From Azolla caroliniana (taxonomy: Eukaryota; Plantae; Polypodiophyta): a stretch of 64,000 bases of DNA. Numbering within the stretch: position 1 is the stretch's first letter; each line of letters starts with the position of its first letter. Under the pieces are notes generated by a model that was given only the letters and a program-made list of their open reading frames with translations, was not told the origin of the DNA and ran no database searches. Location of the stretch: positions 21,514,001 through 21,578,000 of the forward strand of contig JBHGNT010000009.1 in the NCBI GenBank assembly GCA_043228905.1. The letters are read 5' to 3'. Both the position numbers and the translations under genes were made by a program. Below are positions 56,998 to 64,000 of the stretch, one piece after another.

Positions 56998-58637
56998 CAC
57001 ATAATCTCAATTTGAAATGGACATCATTGGCAAACTTCAAAAGAGAAATGTTGCATCTTGCATTCTTTGGTTCAAGACCAAATGGTCCCTCTCGAATTTT
57101 CACAGGCATGCTTGCATTCACATAACAATGTTTTCATATAACATAGTTTGTTAATTACATCCTTCATATATCTACATTCGTCAATCTCTAGTTGTGTGAC
57201 CTTCTCAAATGTGGATTGTAACCAGTAACTACATCTATTTCTATTTATTGGATATTTTCATATAACATACTAGTTGGATACTAGCATTAATTTAAGGCCA
57301 AACAAGATCATTGCGCTTTAAAAAGCAACATTTCTAAATGTTAGACACGTTTTAATTTTAAAAATTCAACCTAGTATAATTACCAATCAAATTTAGTAAT
57401 CAATAATAACAAACAATTTGTTAGAATACATGACATTACTAGTTTTAAATTAGAATTCTTTTGTATTTCAAAAATGCAATCCAATATAATACCAATCAGA
57501 TTTTGTAAATGTAAATTGTAATACTTGCCAATCACATCCTATAGAAGTAAATCATTCATGATCATATGAAGAGTATTCGGTTTTCCAAACTTGATGGGGA
57601 TAAGTTTAGAGCTTGCGGCCTTTTCATATCAACAAATAACTACTTTGATACAAATATGATTGATGTGTGGTTAATATGTTAACTTATCTTGTAAAACAAT
57701 TAGCTTGTAGAAGCCATGACTAAATCAATGCATAACAAGAGGCGTTTCATTCGAGCACAGATAAGGTTAAAAAAGAAAGCTTGCAAAATGCAATGAAATT
57801 CTTCTGGTTCCATTCTCATTACGAAAAAACGAAACAATATTCTCTCCCACTGTCTTTTTGCGGAAGGATTTTCGGCATTTAATGGTTGCAATCGTTATAC
57901 GGATATTTAAATAAACATAAAATCAATTTCACAAAGGAAATTAACTACTCCACAACCTAGTGACATTGGCAAGAGACCTAAAATATACGCGAAGAGGAAA
58001 GAGAGGTCGAATGATAAGCCAATGTCTAGAATATATTGACGATATTGATGTCAAGCATTGGGAACATTAAGACCTACCTTATATAACATTGATGGTTAAA
58101 TGCAATCCCATACTTTAAGAATGATGTAAACATGAGATGGTGTTTTATATCTTCATTTTGAGATTTGCCATCACAATATTTATATGGATAGATAGATCTT
58201 TTGATTCTCAATATCTATTTATATATGTATGACAATGTGTGTGTGAGAGAGAGAGAGACTGAGCATTGGGAAAGGAAAGCAATTTATGCCACTTTGAGAT
58301 GCGGAATGAATATATATACCACATGTTCACAAACAATAATAGATTATAGACAAAAAGGAGTTGCACCGTGCAACATTGGGAGGAGAAGTGGAAGGAAAGA
58401 AACTTAAGGCAATGATATCCGTGTTCTAGATCTAGAAAGGATAAACCCACAAGAATTAATGTGGGGTTGTGAGGAGGGTGACTTAAGTCTAGGGGTGAGG
58501 GGAGATGGAACCTCCAATAAGAAGATGGTGAAAACCAAATTGTTATGGTGTGTTTTAGTATAAAATTTACCCCCATCCAATCGTTTTACCTCATCAAGCT
58601 AGGAGAGTGAGGGAGCTAGCAATTGAATTGAGTGAAT

Positions 58638-59471
58638 ATGGGGGAAGTTGCTAGAGGTCCTGCTTATTATGTGGGAATTCTAGGTTGGGTTAGTGGAGGA
58701 GAAGAAGTAAGGGCACATTCACATCACCCTTGGTACATTGGCTTAATAGGATTAGTTGTAATGGTGAGCATAGCCATCATTTACTTCAAATTCTTCTTCA
58801 AATATTGCCAAACATGTAGTTACAATTCACCTCCCTTGTCTTCATCAACTTCTCATGATCGTTTGGATGAGTACTATTTTTGGCGTTCCTTCCTCAATAT
58901 TTCACCACCTTCTTCTTCTTCTCCTCCTCCACCTCCTCCACCTCCTCTTCATTCACATGAAAAAGAAGAAGCACCCACATCTTCTTCATCTTCTTGTCAT
59001 TTATTGCATGAAATCATGCCTATTGTACTCTATATAGCACCGCCTCAATGTGATCACGAAGTTGATGGTCCACCATGTATTGGGAGAATTAGGCTCATTC
59101 ACACCAACCCCTTATTGTCGAAGCAAAGAGATAGTTATACTACCCCTACATTCTCAAATGAGTGTCTTAACACTCCAAAATTGGAAGAGGAAGATATAAC
59201 TAACTTCTTCAACAATGCTAGTCATGTGTCCATTAAGTCTACTACCTTGCAAAAGCAATATTTCATCTCCACTTTAGTTGACACTTGTTCCATATGCTTG
59301 TCCCCCTTTTGTAACCTCGACCCTCTCCGCATATGCCCTTCATGCTCATATCCTTTCCATGCTTCTTGCATTGATCCTTGGCTCTTACTTCATTCCCATC
59401 CAACATCGTCTTGTCCTTTGTGTAGGTCCCATATCTTACACCAAGCCAACCTTATTTCGCTCAAAAACTAG
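58638..59471 (+). CDS. ATL-like transmembrane RING-H2 E3 ubiquitin ligase (variant RING)
   Basis: Intronless ORF (ATG at 58638) with an N-terminal hydrophobic segment IGLIGLVVMVSIAIIYF, a Pro/Ser-rich linker and a C-terminal CSICL...LRICPSCSYPFHASCIDPWL...SCPLCR. Confidence 0.82.
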   Translation: MGEVARGPAYYVGILGWVSGGEEVRAHSHHPWYIGLIGLVVMVSIAIIYFKFFFKYCQTCSYNSPPLSSSTSHDRLDEYYFWRSFLNISPPSSSSPPPPPPPPLHSHEKEEAPTSSSSSCHLLHEIMPIVLYIAPPQCDHEVDGPPCIGRIRLIHTNPLLSKQRDSYTTPTFSNECLNTPKLEEEDITNFFNNASHVSIKSTTLQKQYFISTLVDTCSICLSPFCNLDPLRICPSCSYPFHASCIDPWLLLHSHPTSSCPLCRSHILHQANLISLKN

Positions 59472-61721
59472 TCAATGTCTCCATCCTCCCACTAACATTT
59501 ATAAGTAACTTAAAACTGCTTATAAAGTTTCAAAAAAGCTTTGGATTGCAAATATTCTTCACCTTTGACCCGTCCTTTCTCCAACAAAGAAGGATTGTGT
59601 GTCTAAATTGTCAAACACATTGAAACATTCATTTTAATATAATCATCTAAATCCATAATGAAAGCAATTGAGCTCTAACCCCTGCCGTTCACGCTCCTAT
59701 CATTTCAAGATTCATATGTCTTAATATTATAAGAAAAGTTTTTGAATTGTGATTTTACATAGTGTCTTTTCTATCTCAAAGGATGGAAATGTCAAAAAGG
59801 TTATGAAATGGGTTCACACATTGTACATTCACATCTTAGTGTTCTATCTTTACTTTTGACTTCAACAGGATTGCATTGATTTATCGTCACTCACGGATGA
59901 AAAACATACATTCTCGTGTTAATTTATGTCATTTATAGTATGATCCATTTTCATGTGTTTATAAACTTCTAATTACATCAAGCTACGTAATTGAATTCAT
60001 TGTTAACATTAATTATTTCAATGTTTTGCAAAAGTGCAACTAGACATCAATTGAGATATTTATGTTACAACATCAAGTAAGATCTTTATGTCAAGGCATC
60101 AATCAAGATCTTTAAGATTCTTACTCTTACAATTCAAGTGTTTGCCAATTATCCATAATAAGTGTCCAAATGTAGATAGGCACTAAAGAATATATTAATA
60201 ACAAAAAAGGGGCTAAATAGATTGGGTGTGAATGGAGGGATTGGAATGCATGTCAACACGAGTTAAAATATTTTATTCATATGCAAAAAGTTAGTGTTAG
60301 TCATTAGAATATGTTTCTCCCAAATTATCAACATAAATGGAAAGAAGTACATCATGTTTTGGCACATAGTGTCTTATATTGATACAATAATTTTACTTCA
60401 CATAATAGAGTAAATTTGATTATATGAACACAAATAACTTCATGTGAAGAAATTTCTTACAAACGTGACATAACCTTAGGAACCAATTCTAAACACTACT
60501 TTTAATGGTAAGACGAGTGGGAAATTAGTCGTCATAGGATATCGACTAACTCATAAGGACCTATGAAACATGAGAGAATGTTGCAAATGTCGAAGTTATG
60601 GAGTTGAGGTATATGTAAAAGGGACTAGCTACATCGTGATTGCATCTCTTAGACATTGTTGAGACTCTCATGGCGATGTAAAGCTCTCACCATAAGGTTC
60701 CTTAATCATTTCAAGTTCCAAGGTATGACACATATCATATTCAGTGGTATGGGCCCTGGGACATTGATGGGGTTTAACACATGTCTCTTATCATTTGCAC
60801 ACTTAAACCATTATTTTACTTAAATCTATTAAGTTATTGCTCATCGTAAACAATTGATTCATAATAGTTTTTTCATCATTATGGCCAAAATGATTGCCCA
60901 TCATTATGTGTTACAACTTATGAAATATGAAACAATAGGTTAATCTGTAAATGAATGTTATTCAGACGGAGTACATAAGAATTGATAGTAAATATGTAGA
61001 TGCCAACTAAACTAACGTAGTTGTTGGTGGTCCTTGTAGCGATAGATCTCACCCTTTACTTCAATCTGATGAAAATTGTCTAATGGAATGACATATGGCT
61101 AAGTTTTCTTGCACTAGAGGGAATAATTATCCCATATCCATTGGGGTATGTAAACCGTGTTATCCATCGTGGTAAATTCCCTCTAAGAAATTGTATCCCT
61201 AATGAAAGATTATGGATCGACAGACCAAAATGAACTTCTATGAATAGCAACAATTAGGTCATGGCGAACCAAATACAAGTACATAGGTCAAAATGTATAC
61301 CGAGCTAACAAATTTAATCCTAACATAGGCTTATGCCAATCTAGATTTTTATTTTTATAAAAAGATACTTCCCATTAGTTAGTTAAAAGTGTCTTTACAC
61401 TCCAATATGTACAACAGAAATGTAATCATAGATAGTCAACCACATTGCCCCATATATGTGTTTATCATCTTGCAATATGTAAATTTTCAAAAAAATAACA
61501 TGTACCTTCCTAGTTGGGTTGCCAAGGTGGAAATAACCACTTTGGCATGGCATCTACATAATCCGCCAAGGGTGATATGCCAACCTAGATTTAAAATAGC
61601 CTAAAGAGATTGTATGTTTGAACATAAGTTGATATGAAGAGGCATCGATCTACGAAATCCATACAATAATGGATTACAAGATCCAATTACAGGTCCAAAA
61701 CAACAATCCCACTTCACGACC

Positions 61722-61998
61722 GAGCATACAAGTGTCAACCTACACTACAAATTGCATTACACAAGTATATATCATGCGAACATAGCTCAATGTGAAGAGA
61801 TTTGACGAGACGACATCCACAATAACAATTTCTGCTCTTTTTGGCAGATCAAAATCCCCTAGAGTAACAACTTCAAGACTAAGCATACAAGTGTCAACCT
61901 ACACTACAAATTGCATTACACAAGTATATATCGCGCGAACATAGCTGAATGTGAAGAGATTTGACGAGACGACATCCACGATAACAGTTTCTGCTCTG
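61722..61998. repeat. ~160-bp-period direct duplication
   Basis: AGCATACAAGTGTCAACCTACACTACAAATTGCATTACACAAG...GACGACATCCAC..TTTCTGCTCT at ~61723 and ~61883. Confidence 0.9.
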
Positions 61999-62357
61999 TT
62001 GAGCAGGTAAAAAATCCCCCAGAGTTACAAGTTGCGACCGCAAATCTTAAATTACTGCGAGTATAGTTACGATCGACTGCAAATCTGTATCCCCCCAGAT
62101 TCAATCGGGAGGCCGAAGAAGACCTTTCAGCGATACGAGGTTCAGGCGATCCGTATTATGTCAGGACCCACCACATAAACTATATCCCGGCCAATATCCA
62201 CAACAATGTCCGCCCCAATGTGAAACCTGCATGTCTCTCTTTCACTAGGTCTGAATCCTCACAGAAAGCTTCCTCAGTTCTTTCTCCTCACGCAGAGACA
62301 GAGACAGAGACGGAGACAGAGACAGAGATAGAGAGAGGCACGGAGAAGCTTCTATCC

Positions 62358-63624
62358 ATGGTGCGCACATACACGTTCGCTGCAATGGTCGGCGTTGCAT
62401 ACGTGGCCGTTTCTTCTCTCGACTCTGTTTTCGAATGGATGGCCAATCGACAAGAAAAGAAGGTGTGAATCTCTCTTCCGTTACCGTTCTCTCTCTCTCT
62501 CTCTCTCTCTGTCTGTCGTTGCTTTCGATGAAAAACCTAGAGTTGGAACCATTGATAACTCCTTTCTTTTGCAATGCTCTTGCTCTTTTTGTTTTTTTCT
62601 TCTTGTTTTGCATTTTGATGCCTTAAAACCTCCATTTTTCAAGGGATCTTTTGGCATGTATATGAAATAATTTCTTCGTTGAAGGCACTGTCAATGTGTC
62701 GACATTGATTTCTAGAGTTAAAACTTGATTTATTTCTCTTAAATTTGCTTTCATCAAAACCCTAGTTTGCAAGCGTTTGAATCATTTCTTATTCAAGGTA
62801 GAGAAAATGGTATAAACCATCATTTCTGTAGAACATTAATCTTGGTTTTTCAGTCAAGAATTAAATTTAGTTCGCTTTGTTACATTTTATCTTGTAAAAC
62901 CATATTTGAAAACAGTTGATTGATGTGTTTTGAAAATCACAATCATTTTCTTCCTTTGAGATAATAGCAATACCTAGAAATTTATCTGCGTTTTCATTCA
63001 AGGGACACCTTTGGTTCATTTTAGTTAATGAAATCCTGGTTTTTAGCAATTGAATAACATTTGCAGCACATTATCTTGCCTTTATTCGGAATGCGTCTCC
63101 TTTCCTAATACCCTATTTAATGGTAATTGATCAACATTTTGCAATGTTTTCTCTCCTTGCATTAATGATATAGTTTGGTTCTTTTATTGTACAAAACCAT
63201 GGTTTGGAGCAATGAAGCAACAGTTTTGTAATTTTTCTTCATAGGATAGAGCATTGAACTGTGGAACTTAATGTTCCATTTTATTGGGATGTTAATTTAG
63301 TTGATCTGAGACTGTCTGATTAATTTCTAAATTTCATGGTTTGTGAAAGATTTCTTTTTTCTTTTTGCATCATTTAATAGATTGTGAGTAGTAGTTCTTG
63401 ATATTGAATGTAGAAGATCCCATAGGGTAGTTCTATAATCCGATGTACACATACTTGTGTATGCCATACCAGCATTCCTAAATGCCAAAAGCTGATCCTC
63501 TAATTTGCGTACTATATTGTGTGTGGCATTAAATGTGGTCAATGTATGTGCCCTGTAAATCAATATTTTAAACATACTGTAGGGAGAGCACAGTCAGAAA
63601 ACGATGCAACAAGGACAGTGCTGA
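62358..63624 (+). CDS. Putative small membrane protein gene (exon 62358-62462; possible exon 2 at 63583-63624)
   Basis: ATG in a good context (TCCATGG) after a CT/GA-rich leader and a GGACCCAC motif. It encodes MVRTYTFAAMVGVAYVAVSSLDSVFEWMANRQEKK, followed by AAG|GT and T-rich intron-like DNA. Exon 2 is a guess. Confidence 0.4.
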
Positions 63625-64000
63625 ACAAAGGGTCAGAGTTATCTCCAAATCGGAAACAATGCAAGGTCAAAATGCAGAATGTATGCGAAACATGTAGAGA
63701 TATGTAATTGTGAGAGCAGACCACTATAAACATTAAATGTTTTGGTAAGAGATTTCAAAAAATGGGTAATGGAACCAAGGAAAAACTTGCAATAGTAAAT
63801 AAATAACTGGGAAGAATGGCCACTCCAAAAACTTTGAGAGAATTTCAAGGAATGTACAATGGAAGAGCAAACGCTGCACTCTCTCTACATATCATGCAAT
63901 AGATGAGAATGGATCAGTCATGTCTATGGCACACATGAATATCGCTCGTTTGCTGAGTGCACCATAGGGATGCTATAAACCATTCTTTTTTTGACATTGG

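Overview
AT-rich land-plant nuclear DNA. The style of the PLS-class PPR genes and the abundant (CT/GA)n tracts suggest a fern or other non-seed vascular plant, but that is inference only. Five clear host genes are present: two intronless PLS/E-type PPR genes, a 7-exon RGGA/Stm1-HABP4-family RNA-binding protein, a 12-exon CPK16/18/28-type calcium-dependent protein kinase, and an ATL-like RING-H2 gene. There is also a possible small two-exon gene at the right end. The genes lie among nested transposons: a young gag+protease-only Copia element (TR-GAG-like), a 5'-decapitated Copia with an intact pol inserted in an L1-type LINE, a solo LTR, several hAT-type MITEs with 8-bp TSDs, and older remnants. 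The most unusual structure is a ~2.2-kb, nearly spacer-less palindrome made of two inverted Gypsy 5' ends (LTR-PBS-gag), with the TR-GAG element inserted almost at its apex. All four minus-strand genes also carry a tandem duplication or array just upstream. Exon and element boundaries were read by eye, and no database search was possible.
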